Assembly: GCA_903851445.1 (NCBI GenBank)
Contig: CAINOH010000009.1
Coordinates: 185,075 to 249,074, forward strand
Direction of reading: 5' to 3'
Length of the DNA stretch: 64,000 nt
Source of the DNA: an uncultured Candidatus Micrarchaeota archaeon
GTDB lineage: Archaea > Micrarchaeota > Micrarchaeia > Norongarragalinales > CAINOH01
This document shows positions 36,665-45,513 of this stretch, piece by piece (within the stretch, counting starts at the first letter, position 1; every line of letters starts with the position of its first letter). The notes beneath the pieces are model-generated. The model was not told the DNA's origin and did not search any database. It saw nothing but the letters and a program-made list of their open reading frames with translations. The position numbers and the translations under genes are program-made.

Positions 36665-37120
36665 ATGGCCGCTATAGATGAGATGACCACTGTAGACAAC
36701 GTCGCGCAGGAAGCCGCGGCAGAGGTTGCAGAAGGCGAAGAGGCCGAGGATGCCGAGTCGCCGTCGCTGCCTTTCCCCAACGCGCGCGTAGTCAAGATTA
36801 TCAAGGAGAACCTCAAGCGCGAGCACCAGATAAAGCGCGACGTCAAGGTCGGCGCGAACGAGCTTGCAGGCCAGATAATCGCGGACATCGCGCAGAGCAT
36901 GGACAACGAGGAGTACTTCACGCTGTCAGTCGAGCACTTCAACAAGGCAGCGCGCAAATACCGCGAGATTCACCTGAACCAGAAGCGCATCATGCGCATC
37001 AAGAAAGTCCTGGAAAAACAGCGCGCTGAAATCGACGAGATTATCGCCGAAATCGAGCTCGAGCAGCCCGGCGCAATGTCCGGCCACGCCACTGGCTCGA
37101 ACGGCCAGCAGACCGCATAG
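36665..37120 (+). CDS. Histone-fold protein with acidic N-tail and C-terminal coiled coil
   Basis: LPFPNARVVKIIK (alpha1), IKRDVK..AN (L1-alpha2), TLSVEHF (L2-alpha3). Confidence 0.7.
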   Translation: MAAIDEMTTVDNVAQEAAAEVAEGEEAEDAESPSLPFPNARVVKIIKENLKREHQIKRDVKVGANELAGQIIADIAQSMDNEEYFTLSVEHFNKAARKYREIHLNQKRIMRIKKVLEKQRAEIDEIIAEIELEQPGAMSGHATGSNGQQTA

Positions 37121-37157
37121 GCCTTTTTTCTTCCCTCCAATTTTGCGTGATTTTTCA

Positions 37158-38081
37158 GTGCCTGAAGAGCCCGTTGTTGCAAAGGAGTCCGTTGCGGAAA
37201 AACCAGCAACAGCGCCAGCGAAGCCCGACATCGAGGCAATCCGCGAAAAGAGGCAACTCTCCCAGAAGCAGGTCTCCGAGCTGGTCACCCAGAACCGGCA
37301 GAACATCGCCAGATTCAAGGACTTATCCTCCAAAATCAAGCTTGAAAAGCAGCGCCGCGACGAGCTGAACGCGAAGACCAAGGAATTGCGTGCAAAGCGC
37401 CACGAGATGATTGAAAAAATCAAGGATGCGCGCGCGAAGCTTAATGCCGTGCTTGACGAGGTAAAGAAAATACCCGCCGGGCCGAATGCCGAGCAGCTCA
37501 AGGCCGAGATAGATTCGCTTGAGTGGTCGCTTTCAACTGTTGCGCGCTCAGCCAAGGCAGAAAAGGAGCTTTCAAAGAAAATCCGCGAGCTTGAAAAGCA
37601 GCTGCCCCTTGCAGTAAAGAAAGTTGACGCGTCGGGCGCAATCCGGGCTCTTCGCACTGAAATCCGCGGCCTTGAGGCGCCTCTTGAGGCGCTTGACAGG
37701 GAGCTTCGGCCGGCTCTTGAGGAGGCCAACGGCCACCATCGCAAGCTCATCTCGTACTACAAGGAGGCCGAGCAGCTCTCCAAGTCCATATCCTACGCCT
37801 TTTCACAGCTTGACATGGTGCGGCTCGAGGCGGCAACTGACGCCAAGGCCTACTCCGAGGCTGTTGGCGCCGTACGGGAAAAGGAGTTGGGCTACCAGCA
37901 GGAGTTGCGCGAGCTTGAGCGTGCGGAACGCGAGAAGGAGAATGCCGAGAAGGACGCGGCAAAGAGCGCCACGCAGAAGAAGATATTCGAGGCCGCAAAG
38001 CCCATCTACGAGAAGTTCAGGGCAGGAAAGAAAATCTCAACAGAGGAGTTCCTGATTCTGCAGGGCTCGGGGTTGTTGTAG
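37158..38081 (+). CDS. Archaeal coiled-coil protein (COG1340-like)
   Basis: KQRRDELNAK, IDSLEWSLST, EKELSKKI, C-terminal YEKFRAGKKISTEEFLILQ. Confidence 0.8.
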   Translation: MPEEPVVAKESVAEKPATAPAKPDIEAIREKRQLSQKQVSELVTQNRQNIARFKDLSSKIKLEKQRRDELNAKTKELRAKRHEMIEKIKDARAKLNAVLDEVKKIPAGPNAEQLKAEIDSLEWSLSTVARSAKAEKELSKKIRELEKQLPLAVKKVDASGAIRALRTEIRGLEAPLEALDRELRPALEEANGHHRKLISYYKEAEQLSKSISYAFSQLDMVRLEAATDAKAYSEAVGAVREKELGYQQELRELERAEREKENAEKDAAKSATQKKIFEAAKPIYEKFRAGKKISTEEFLILQGSGLL

Positions 38082-38089
38082 TTTCTGCT

Positions 38090-38743
38090 TCAGACACGCA
38101 CTTTTTTTCCAGTGGGGCAAACACCATTCAGCGGGCACACCTTGCACCTAGGTCCGACTGGCCTGCAGACCGTCTGCCCCAGGCGCACGAAATACTCGTT
38201 GACAAGAATCCAGTCCTTTCTTTGGAAAACCATTTCCAGCTCCTTTTCCGTCTTTTCCGGTGTCTTTGCATTCGACAGCCCGAGCCATCTGGAAATGCGG
38301 AAAACGTGCGTGTCAACCGGTATTGCGGGAATGCCGAAGCCGTAGACGAGCACGCAGCCGGCGGTCTTCGGCCCGACTCCAGGCAGCGCCTCCAGGGCCT
38401 CGCGGGAGTTAGGCACTACGCCGGCATATTCCTCAACGAGAATTTTGCAGACTTCTCTGATCTCCTTGGCTTTTTGGTTGTAGAACCCGGCAGCGTGGAT
38501 AAGCTTTGCAATGTCCCCTTCCTTTGCATTTGCGATGGCCCCTGCAGTAGGATATTTTGCAAAAAGCTTCGAGCTTGCGATGTCAGTGTTCTCGTCGCGC
38601 GTGCGCTGGGAGATGATAGTGGAAATCAAGACTTCGAACGGGCCGTAGGCCGACTTATGCCCGAGGAACGTCTTTCCCTTCAAAAATCTTCCAAGACGGG
38701 CAACGGCCGTTCTTGCCAGTTTCCGCCTTTTTTGCAAGTCCAT
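38090..38743 (-). CDS. nth: Endonuclease III
   Basis: PFEVLISTIISQRT, HhH LPGVGPKTA, PVDTHV, 4Fe-4S C-x6-C-x2-C-x5-C. Confidence 0.95.
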   Translation of the reverse strand: MDLQKRRKLARTAVARLGRFLKGKTFLGHKSAYGPFEVLISTIISQRTRDENTDIASSKLFAKYPTAGAIANAKEGDIAKLIHAAGFYNQKAKEIREVCKILVEEYAGVVPNSREALEALPGVGPKTAGCVLVYGFGIPAIPVDTHVFRISRWLGLSNAKTPEKTEKELEMVFQRKDWILVNEYFVRLGQTVCRPVGPRCKVCPLNGVCPTGKKVRV

Positions 38744-38787
38744 CAAAATAAATTCTGGCCAGCAGTGAATTAAATCAGGAGTTTTCG

Positions 38788-39798
38788 ATGGCAAAACGCT
38801 TTGGCCTTGCAATAGTGGGCGGCACTTTCGACCGTTTTCACAAAGGGCACGCGGCGCTTCTTTCCAAGGCGTTCGCAGCTGCGGACAGGGTTGTCATAGG
38901 CGTGACCGATAGGCGAATGACCGGCAAGAAGCCCTTTTCAAGAAACGTCGAGTCGTTTTCAATGCGAAAGAAGGCCGTTCAGGATTTCATAGGTAAAAAC
39001 CATCATTCAAACCGCTGTCAAATCGCTATTATTCACGACGCGTTCGACCCCAGCGCCGTTTGGAAAAAAGCCGACGCAATCGTGGTTACAAAAGACACAG
39101 CCAAGGGCGCGAGGGCAATCAACGCAGCAAGAAGAAAGGCAGGCCTAAAGAAGGCAAAAGTGGTTGGCTGCCCGTTTGTAGTTGCAAGCGACGGCCGCCG
39201 AATCTCATCGACCCGAATTCGTCTTGGCCAGATGGACAGAAACGGCAAGGTTTTTCTTTCAGGCAAGGCATATTCCAAAGCACTTTCAATGCCCGCTTTC
39301 TTGACACCAGTTATTCGAAGGCCTTTTGGAAAGCTTTTCTTGGAACCGGATGCCGCAAAAAAGGTTGCCGCGTTCCTGAAGACGAAAAAGCCAATTTCCA
39401 TCGCAACAGTTGGCGACGCGACTTTTCGCAATCTTTCAACTCTTGGCATCGCGCCCGACTTGGCCATAGTCGATTCTTTTGAGTTGCGTGCTTCCTGCAA
39501 AATCCCGAAGCAGCTGCCAAAAAAACAGCTTGCGGTTTCAAACCCTGCAGGAAAAATTACTCCTTCGCTTGTTGCGGCGATAAAAAAGGCGGTTGCATCC
39601 TCGCTTGATGCGGGCGTTCGGATTGCGATAGTGGTCCGCGGGGAGGAGGACCTTGCAGTTCTTCCTGTTGTTCTTGCGCTTCCACTTGGTTCTGTTGTGC
39701 TTTACGGCCAGCCGAAGAAAGGCATCGTAGCAGCAGTTGTTGATGAAACGGCGAAGCAAAAGGTCACGATGTTGTTGTCCCGGTTTACCGTTAACTAG
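38788..39798 (+). CDS. coaD: Phosphopantetheine adenylyltransferase fused to GTP-dependent dephospho-CoA kinase (DUF359)
   Basis: GGTFDRFHKGH and ISSTRIR, followed by TVGD, IVD, NPAGKI, GEEDLAVLP, YGQP. Confidence 0.9.
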   Translation: MAKRFGLAIVGGTFDRFHKGHAALLSKAFAAADRVVIGVTDRRMTGKKPFSRNVESFSMRKKAVQDFIGKNHHSNRCQIAIIHDAFDPSAVWKKADAIVVTKDTAKGARAINAARRKAGLKKAKVVGCPFVVASDGRRISSTRIRLGQMDRNGKVFLSGKAYSKALSMPAFLTPVIRRPFGKLFLEPDAAKKVAAFLKTKKPISIATVGDATFRNLSTLGIAPDLAIVDSFELRASCKIPKQLPKKQLAVSNPAGKITPSLVAAIKKAVASSLDAGVRIAIVVRGEEDLAVLPVVLALPLGSVVLYGQPKKGIVAAVVDETAKQKVTMLLSRFTVN

Positions 39799-39801
39799 CT
39801 C

Positions 39802-40164
39802 TCAGTTTATGAAAATTACTTTCTGCCTCCCCCGAAAGTCTGCGTCTCCAGTGAGGACAGGAACTGATACGCTTGCATAGCTGTATATTATCGCGTCAGA
39901 GAGGTGCATGTTCTCTTCCGCTGCAATCTTGCCGGCAAGCATGGCCTGTTTTGCATCCAAAATAAGCACTATGCTCTTGGAGGCTATCAAACGCAGGGAC
40001 TTCTCGATTTTATCATCTGCAAAGCCTTTCCGCTTGAAGCTGCGGTAAAGCTCGGCAAACGCGAGTGCTGGCGTCTTGAGGAGGTTTCCTTCCATCGCCT
40101 GTGCGACCTTGCGGTTTCCGGAAACGTATTCTGCCCACGCCCAGGAGTCGACGATTATTTCCAT
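39802..40164 (-). CDS. vapC: PIN-domain toxin (VapC)
   Basis: IIVDSWAWAEY, AE, LSDAII, LTGDADF. Confidence 0.9.
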   Translation of the reverse strand: MEIIVDSWAWAEYVSGNRKVAQAMEGNLLKTPALAFAELYRSFKRKGFADDKIEKSLRLIASKSIVLILDAKQAMLAGKIAAEENMHLSDAIIYSYASVSVPVLTGDADFRGRQKVIFIN

Positions 40165-40168
40165 AGCT

Positions 40169-40369
40169 TTAGTCCTCGTCCCTTATCAGGTCCTTTGCCG
40201 AAAACCTGCCTTTCATCGATCCGAAAAGGTCGTCCTTTGGTGTGGCGAATAGCCGCTCCTTTAGTATGGTGTTGACTGCAGCTGAAATGTTGGTGCCAAA
40301 GTCTTGCCTCAGCTTCTGCATAACCGTGTTTTCAAGAACCAGCGTAGTCCTTATTGTTGCAACAGTCAC
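40169..40369 (-). CDS. Antitoxin (VapB-like, ribbon-helix-helix)
   Basis: RTTLVLE...NISAAVNTIL...LFGSMKG, directly upstream of the PIN gene. Confidence 0.8.
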   Translation of the reverse strand: MTVATIRTTLVLENTVMQKLRQDFGTNISAAVNTILKERLFATPKDDLFGSMKGRFSAKDLIRDED

Positions 40370-40379
40370 AAAAATTCAC

Positions 40380-40407
40380 CATACGTCATACGTCATACAA
40401 CATATAT
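40380..40407 (-). promoter_or_regulatory. Tandem 7-bp repeat operator in the vapBC promoter
   Basis: CATACGT CATACGT CATACAA CATATAT, running into a TATATAT box just upstream of the antitoxin start. Confidence 0.55.
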
Positions 40408-40480
40408 ATTTGTTTGGTATCCGCGGCCTAAACCCAAAGTTTACACTCCTTCTGGTATTCTGTGCCTTCTTGGTGTTTAC

Positions 40481-41917
40481 CTATGCCGCGCGCTTCCAGA
40501 GCGTTCCTGTTGGCTTGTCCGCGAGTATTATGCCTTTCCTTGCAAGCCCGTCGCGTATTTCGTCAGCCTTGGCAAAGTCCTTTGCCTTCTTTGCCGCGTC
40601 GCGCTCCGCAACCAGCGCCGCAACTTCGGCGTCCGGAATTCCGGCCTTGGCTTCATTAGCGTCGAAAATTCCGAGCACGCCGTTTGCCAGCTTTTCAAAA
40701 GTGTCCGCAAGAAGTGCAAACGACGTTCTTGACGTGCCCTTTTCCGCCTCCAGTCGATACGCGAAGTCCTTGAGCTCGAACAGCGCAGAAAGCGCAAGCG
40801 GCGTGTTGAAGTCGTCATCCATCGCATCTTCAAATTTTCGGGCTGTTGCAAAGACGTCTGCCTTTACCTTTGCATCCGATTCTGATTTCTCAGGTCGTGC
40901 CTCGTTCTTTTTTTCACGCTCAATGAGCTGCCTCGTGTCCAGAAGCTTCTGCAGGGTGGGTCGCAATTCCTCAATCCTATCAGGCGATGCGTCTATCGGG
41001 CCGCGGTAGTGCGTTGAGACGTAGAACAGGCGGACAAGGCGCGCTCCGTGCGTGTCCAGCGCCTGGCGGAGCGTGATGAAGTTGCCAAGCGACTTTGCCA
41101 TCTTGTCCTTCCCGACTACGACAAAGCCGTTGTGCAGCCAGTAGTTGGCGAACGGCTTTCCAGTAGCGGCCTCGGACTGGGCGATTTCGTCCTCGTGGTG
41201 CGGGAAAATCAGGTCCTGGCCGCCGCCGTGGATGTCCAAGGTGTCGCCGAGATTCTTGGTGCTCATCACCGAGCATTCGATGTGCCATCCCGGCCTTCCC
41301 TTGCCCCAGGGCGAGTCCCAAGAAGGCTCGCCCGGCTTTGCGCTTTTCCACAGCGCAAAATCCTCCGCGTTCTTTTTCCTCTCGTCAACGTCGATGCGCG
41401 CGCCAGCCCTGAGCTTTTCAAGCGGCTGGCCCGAGAGCTTCCCGTAGGGGATGAACCTGCTGACTTCATAATAGACGTCCTTGCCGCTCCCGTGCTGGCC
41501 TTCGACCACGTACGCGTAGCCGTTGCTTATGAGCCTCTGGACGAACTTGATGATGTCGGGGATGTTTTTGGTGACAAGAGGGTATTCGTCTGCCCGCAGT
41601 ATTCCCAAGGAATCCATATCAACAAAGTATTCTTCCGAAAATCGCTCGGATAGTGCGAACGGGTCTTGTTTTGCTTCGGACGCCCTCTTGATTATCTTGT
41701 CGTCAATGTCAGTGAAGTTCTGGACGTACTTGACTTTGTAGCCGCAAAACGCGAGGTATCTTCGGATGACGTCAAATGCGGTGTAGCACCTTCCGTGGCC
41801 AAGGTGGCAGTAGTCGTAGGGTGTGATGCCGCACACGTACATCCTGACCTTGCCTTCTTCCAGGGGTACGAATTTTTTCTTGCCCTTCGAGAGGGTGTCA
41901 AACACCGTCAATGCCAT
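40481..41917 (-). CDS. cysS: Cysteine--tRNA ligase
   Basis: MYVCGITPYDYCHLGHGR, GRPGWHIEC, HGGGQDLIFPHHEDE, KMAKS; true start at ATG 41917. Confidence 0.97.
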   Translation of the reverse strand: MALTVFDTLSKGKKKFVPLEEGKVRMYVCGITPYDYCHLGHGRCYTAFDVIRRYLAFCGYKVKYVQNFTDIDDKIIKRASEAKQDPFALSERFSEEYFVDMDSLGILRADEYPLVTKNIPDIIKFVQRLISNGYAYVVEGQHGSGKDVYYEVSRFIPYGKLSGQPLEKLRAGARIDVDERKKNAEDFALWKSAKPGEPSWDSPWGKGRPGWHIECSVMSTKNLGDTLDIHGGGQDLIFPHHEDEIAQSEAATGKPFANYWLHNGFVVVGKDKMAKSLGNFITLRQALDTHGARLVRLFYVSTHYRGPIDASPDRIEELRPTLQKLLDTRQLIEREKKNEARPEKSESDAKVKADVFATARKFEDAMDDDFNTPLALSALFELKDFAYRLEAEKGTSRTSFALLADTFEKLANGVLGIFDANEAKAGIPDAEVAALVAERDAAKKAKDFAKADEIRDGLARKGIILADKPTGTLWKRAA

Positions 41918-41951
41918 AATCCCAGTCACAACACAGTTTTGGTTTTCCTTA

Positions 41952-42022
41952 AGCAGAGGGAGGGAGTCGAACCCTCTTAAACCGCTTTGCAGGCGATCGC
42001 GTAGCCGTTCCGCCACCTCCGC
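41952..42022 (-). tRNA. tRNA-Cys (GCA), copy 2 (A37, G3:U70), upstream of cysS
   Basis: GCGGAGG...ATCGC CT GCA AA GCGGT...TTCGACT...CCTCTGC T. Confidence 0.93.
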
Positions 42023-42262
42023 ACGGTTAATCTTGCGGGTGCTTTGAAAAATTCAAACGGTCAGGTTCGGCACGTGCCGAAAATCGTCATCCTGATTCTT
42101 AGGATACGATGTTTTTTACTGGCGCCAAACGCTAGCGCCGGTCAGAACTAGCGACAACAGAAGTGCGTGTCCGATGCAATGGCCGAGTTGGTCATCTTGA
42201 TATTCTCTTTTCCTTTTGGTGCTTTTATTCCTTTTCAGGGGGTTGCTGCCGCGTTGCCCGCC

Positions 42263-42475
42263 TTACATCAAAAGCAGGCCGAACACGAAAAGGAGGATTA
42301 TGTAGTAGAACAGCTGGTCGAAGTTCTCGCCGCGCACGAACACGTCGAAGAACGTGATTGGGTCGGACATTTCCTTCTGCTCTACGAACCAGGTGTTGTC
42401 GTCGGCACCCTTGATTTTCTTGGTTTCACGGGTGAAGCGGAACTGTGCCCGTGACTCGCCTTTAATGTGTGCCAT
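42263..42475 (-). CDS. Small protein with C-terminal TM helix
   Basis: MAHIKGE...DQLFYYIILLFVFGLLLM*. Confidence 0.6.
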   Translation of the reverse strand: MAHIKGESRAQFRFTRETKKIKGADDNTWFVEQKEMSDPITFFDVFVRGENFDQLFYYIILLFVFGLLLM

Positions 42476-42593
42476 TTGTAACAACTTCCAGATAGTAACA
42501 AGTGTGTTCGGTGGCTTTTATTCCTTTCGCGGCCTTAAAAAGTCCGGCTTTTGACGAAGGCGTCAGCCTTCTGGCAGTCCGCTTTTTGTCTTC

Positions 42594-43355
42594 TCATTTC
42601 TTGGCAACATACTGAAAGAAATCCGCGCCGACATCATGGCCATTCTTGAAGTCCGAATACTGCTCTATGTTTTCAAATCCCGCTTGTCGTATGAGCGAAA
42701 CCAGTTCGCCGTCCTTGAAAGGATACAATGTCATCTGTCCTGCTTTGCCGTTTTCGTGCGTTGCCTTCAACACTATTTTTTCAGGTCCGATTTCAATTGG
42801 GACGCATTTCACTTTCTTTCCGCAATAGACGTATTTCCCGGAATACCTGAAATTACCGTTCAGTATTTTTTCCTTTTCAGCCAGCATATACCCGTAATTG
42901 CGCTCGTCTATGATCAGTATCCCGCCGGGCCGCAGCACGTTTCTGAACGCCGAAAGCGTGCGCATCTGGACTTGCTTTTTGAAAAGGTGCGTGAGCGAGT
43001 TTCCCTGCAGAATTATCGCGTCAAAAGAAGCGCGTCCGAATTTTTCATCAAGCTCGCGCCAATCATAGCCGGTAAGCTTAATGTGCACGGCCTCCTTAGC
43101 TGCATTTTCAAGCGCTTTCCGTGCAAATACCGCGTCAATCTCGTTGCTTGTAACGTCAAAGCCCTGCTTGAGAAGGTAAATCGAGTCGCAACCCGTGCCA
43201 AGGCTCGCGTCAAGGATTTTCCTGCAGCCATTTTCCTTCAGGGTGTTGACAAGAAAGCCGTTTTCTCCCTCGCGGCGCTTGTTCCAATCAATATATTCAT
43301 CCCAGAAATCCACGAGGACTTGGGAATAATCAGTGCGGTCCACAGTCTTAGTCAC
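42594..43355 (-). CDS. Glycine/sarcosine N-methyltransferase-like SAM methyltransferase
   Basis: WDEYIDW..R, LDASLGTG, YDWR, GNSLTHLF, DERNY, YVYCG, YSDF, DFFQYVAKK. Confidence 0.75.
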   Translation of the reverse strand: MTKTVDRTDYSQVLVDFWDEYIDWNKRREGENGFLVNTLKENGCRKILDASLGTGCDSIYLLKQGFDVTSNEIDAVFARKALENAAKEAVHIKLTGYDWRELDEKFGRASFDAIILQGNSLTHLFKKQVQMRTLSAFRNVLRPGGILIIDERNYGYMLAEKEKILNGNFRYSGKYVYCGKKVKCVPIEIGPEKIVLKATHENGKAGQMTLYPFKDGELVSLIRQAGFENIEQYSDFKNGHDVGADFFQYVAKK

Positions 43356-43383
43356 AGAATCAACTTTACCAGAAATATTTTTT

Positions 43384-44220
43384 TTATCCCCGCGCCCTTT
43401 CGTACTCCTTCTTCATCAAAATCGCATCAGTCTCAATGTTCGGCGACTCGGAGATTATCGTTCCCGCGCACTTGTTGTCAACCAGGCTTTCCGCAAGCAG
43501 CGAAAAGCGGGGCGACTCTGCATCGATGGTCAGGTGCCTAAGCTCGCCCTTTGCCGAGTATTGTATTCCTGCAAAGTGGCAGTGAAGCTGTTGCAAGCCC
43601 GCCTTTCCAACAGCGTCTTCCACTGTCTCGAATATCCTGTCAAAGTCCTTTTTCGTATTCAAGCCGCCGTTCGCCCTCGCGTGCAAATGGGCAAAGTCAA
43701 TCGTCGGCTTGAACCGTTCAAAGCCAATCTCGGACGCAAGGCCGTAAAGCTCCGCAAGGTTTCCGAAGGCGCTTGGCTTTCCGGTAGTTTCCGGTGCAAG
43801 GACTGCCTTGCGTATTCCCGCCTTTTTCATCGAGTCCAAGACGTTCAGGTAGCCTTCCTTTGCAGCCTCGAACGCTTTTTTCCCGTCAAGCTTGCCGTAG
43901 TATCCCGTGTGGACTACCACCCGGCCGCCGCCGGCATTTTCCAGAATCCGCGCAGTGTCAAGTATGCGCACCTTGCTTGCAGCCACTTTCTCCGGCTCGT
44001 CAGAGCACAGGTTGACGTAGTACGGCGCGTGGGCTGAAAGCACCACCTTGTTCTCTTTTGCTGCCTTTCCGCAGGCTTCTGCCTTCCCAGCTGCCATCCT
44101 TGCGGAGTGCACGAACTCGAACTCGAAGGCGTCCAGGCCCAGCTTGCGCACAAACCCGATTCCCGCAAGCGAGTCGCGCCCGGGGCAGGAAAGCGGTATG
44201 CCAGCGGTTCCGAAAATCAT
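43384..44220 (-). CDS. nfo: Endonuclease IV family TIM-barrel protein
   Basis: FGTAGIP, SAHAPYYVNL, VHTG, PETTGK, DFAHLHAR, HCHF, ISESP. Confidence 0.88.
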   Translation of the reverse strand: MIFGTAGIPLSCPGRDSLAGIGFVRKLGLDAFEFEFVHSARMAAGKAEACGKAAKENKVVLSAHAPYYVNLCSDEPEKVAASKVRILDTARILENAGGGRVVVHTGYYGKLDGKKAFEAAKEGYLNVLDSMKKAGIRKAVLAPETTGKPSAFGNLAELYGLASEIGFERFKPTIDFAHLHARANGGLNTKKDFDRIFETVEDAVGKAGLQQLHCHFAGIQYSAKGELRHLTIDAESPRFSLLAESLVDNKCAGTIISESPNIETDAILMKKEYERARG

Positions 44221-44304
44221 TGCCACGCAAAGACTTGATTTGGGAGGGATTAATAGCATTAGCAACCACGTTATTTTCGGCTATAGGCAACAGCCGCGAA
44301 GGCG

Positions 44305-44985
44305 ATGGGAATGGCAACAGTCACTTATCTCGGGCACTCCGGGTTCTTGGTGGAGCTTGAGGGCAAGATATTGCTTTTCGACCCCTGGCTGGACCCGAGG
44401 CCGAAAAACGCAGAGAGGCTGGTGCCGCCGTCAACCAGCGCGGAGAAAATCAAGAAGGCCGACGCAATCTTCATCTCAAGCCCGGCTTTCGACCACTTTG
44501 ACGCCCACGACGTCTCCATAATCGCCGAAGGCACCTACGCGCATGTGGTCGCGCCTGAGGAGGTGCTCTCGCAGCTTCAAATCCAGGATAAGTTCAAGAT
44601 GTCCGCAGTTGACGGCGACGACTTCGAGTTTTACGGCATGGGCATCCAAGTTCTTCCTGTTCGCAGCAACACGCCCGGCGCAGTTGGCTACCTGGTCCGC
44701 TGCGGCGCAAAGAGCGTCTATTTCTCGGGCGACACTTACGACTTTTTCGCGCTTGCAAACGTCGAGGCGGACCTTGCGCTCCTCCCAATCGGCGGCACGC
44801 AGACCATGGACATACTGTCGGCAGTGAGCGCGGTAAAGAAGATGCGCGTAAAATACGTCATCCCCTGCCACTACGACACGTTCTCCCGCATCCATGCCGA
44901 CCCCTACGATTTCGCAAAGCGCGTAAAGCAGGAGACCAAGGCCCAGGCAGTAGTCCTGGGCGTGGGTCAGACTGCACGTTTCTAG
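44305..44985 (+). CDS. MBL-fold protein (UPF0173-like) with degenerate metal motif
   Basis: YLGHSGF, DPWL, FSGDT, LLPIGG, IPCHY; HxHxDH replaced by SPAFDH. Confidence 0.8.
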   Translation: MGMATVTYLGHSGFLVELEGKILLFDPWLDPRPKNAERLVPPSTSAEKIKKADAIFISSPAFDHFDAHDVSIIAEGTYAHVVAPEEVLSQLQIQDKFKMSAVDGDDFEFYGMGIQVLPVRSNTPGAVGYLVRCGAKSVYFSGDTYDFFALANVEADLALLPIGGTQTMDILSAVSAVKKMRVKYVIPCHYDTFSRIHADPYDFAKRVKQETKAQAVVLGVGQTARF

Positions 44986-45091
44986 GCCGTTGACCGGGCC
45001 GCGGGCCGTTCAAACCCCGCAGGGCCCTTTCGGAGTTTTTTTAAGACTCCTCATGCCCTAATATGATTCCCACTAACAGGTGATTTTGGAT

Positions 45092-45496
45092 ATGATTACG
45101 CACGGAAGGATAGTCGAGGTCAAGGCGACCAAGAAAAAGGATGGCAACATCACCGGAATGTCGGTCAACGTCAGTGTTGAGAGTGTGGCAACCGAGGGCA
45201 GCCAGATCAAGGTGGCGTACACTTACGAGATAATCTATCAGCAGGACGTAGCCAGCATGTCTATATCCGGCGAGCTGTTCACCGACGCGAACTCCGACCT
45301 TGGAAAGAAGCTCCTTGACGGCTGGAAGAAGAACAAGCAGCTCCCGGCTGACGCGGCAGAGGAGATAATCACCGCGCTCACCTATGCCGGAAGCAGCGTG
45401 GGCACGCTCCTTGCCTTTGCAATCAACATCAACGCGCCGATCAACGTGCCGCGCGCAAAGGTCGCGCCCGCAGGGCAGAGCCCCAAGGCGGGTTAG
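45092..45496 (+). CDS. Conserved-looking hypothetical protein (possible SecB-like alpha/beta fold)
   Basis: Four beta strands followed by helices; host-like codon usage; AGGTGA SD. Confidence 0.7.
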   Translation: MITHGRIVEVKATKKKDGNITGMSVNVSVESVATEGSQIKVAYTYEIIYQQDVASMSISGELFTDANSDLGKKLLDGWKKNKQLPADAAEEIITALTYAGSSVGTLLAFAININAPINVPRAKVAPAGQSPKAG

Positions 45497-45513
45497 GTAT
45501 TTGAGGTGTTCAT

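Noticed and set aside
41918-42016. N-terminal extension of the cysS ORF (MAERLRDRLQ...), echoed by ORF 5716-6072
   Set aside because: Both are translations through the tRNA-Cys genes; the shared peptide reflects the tRNA duplication, not a protein family.
6008-42022. The two tRNA-Cys copies as attL/attR of a 36-kb integrated element
   Set aside because: Both copies are full length, no integrase is present, and the interval holds essential genes (metG, rps2, rpoK, cysS).
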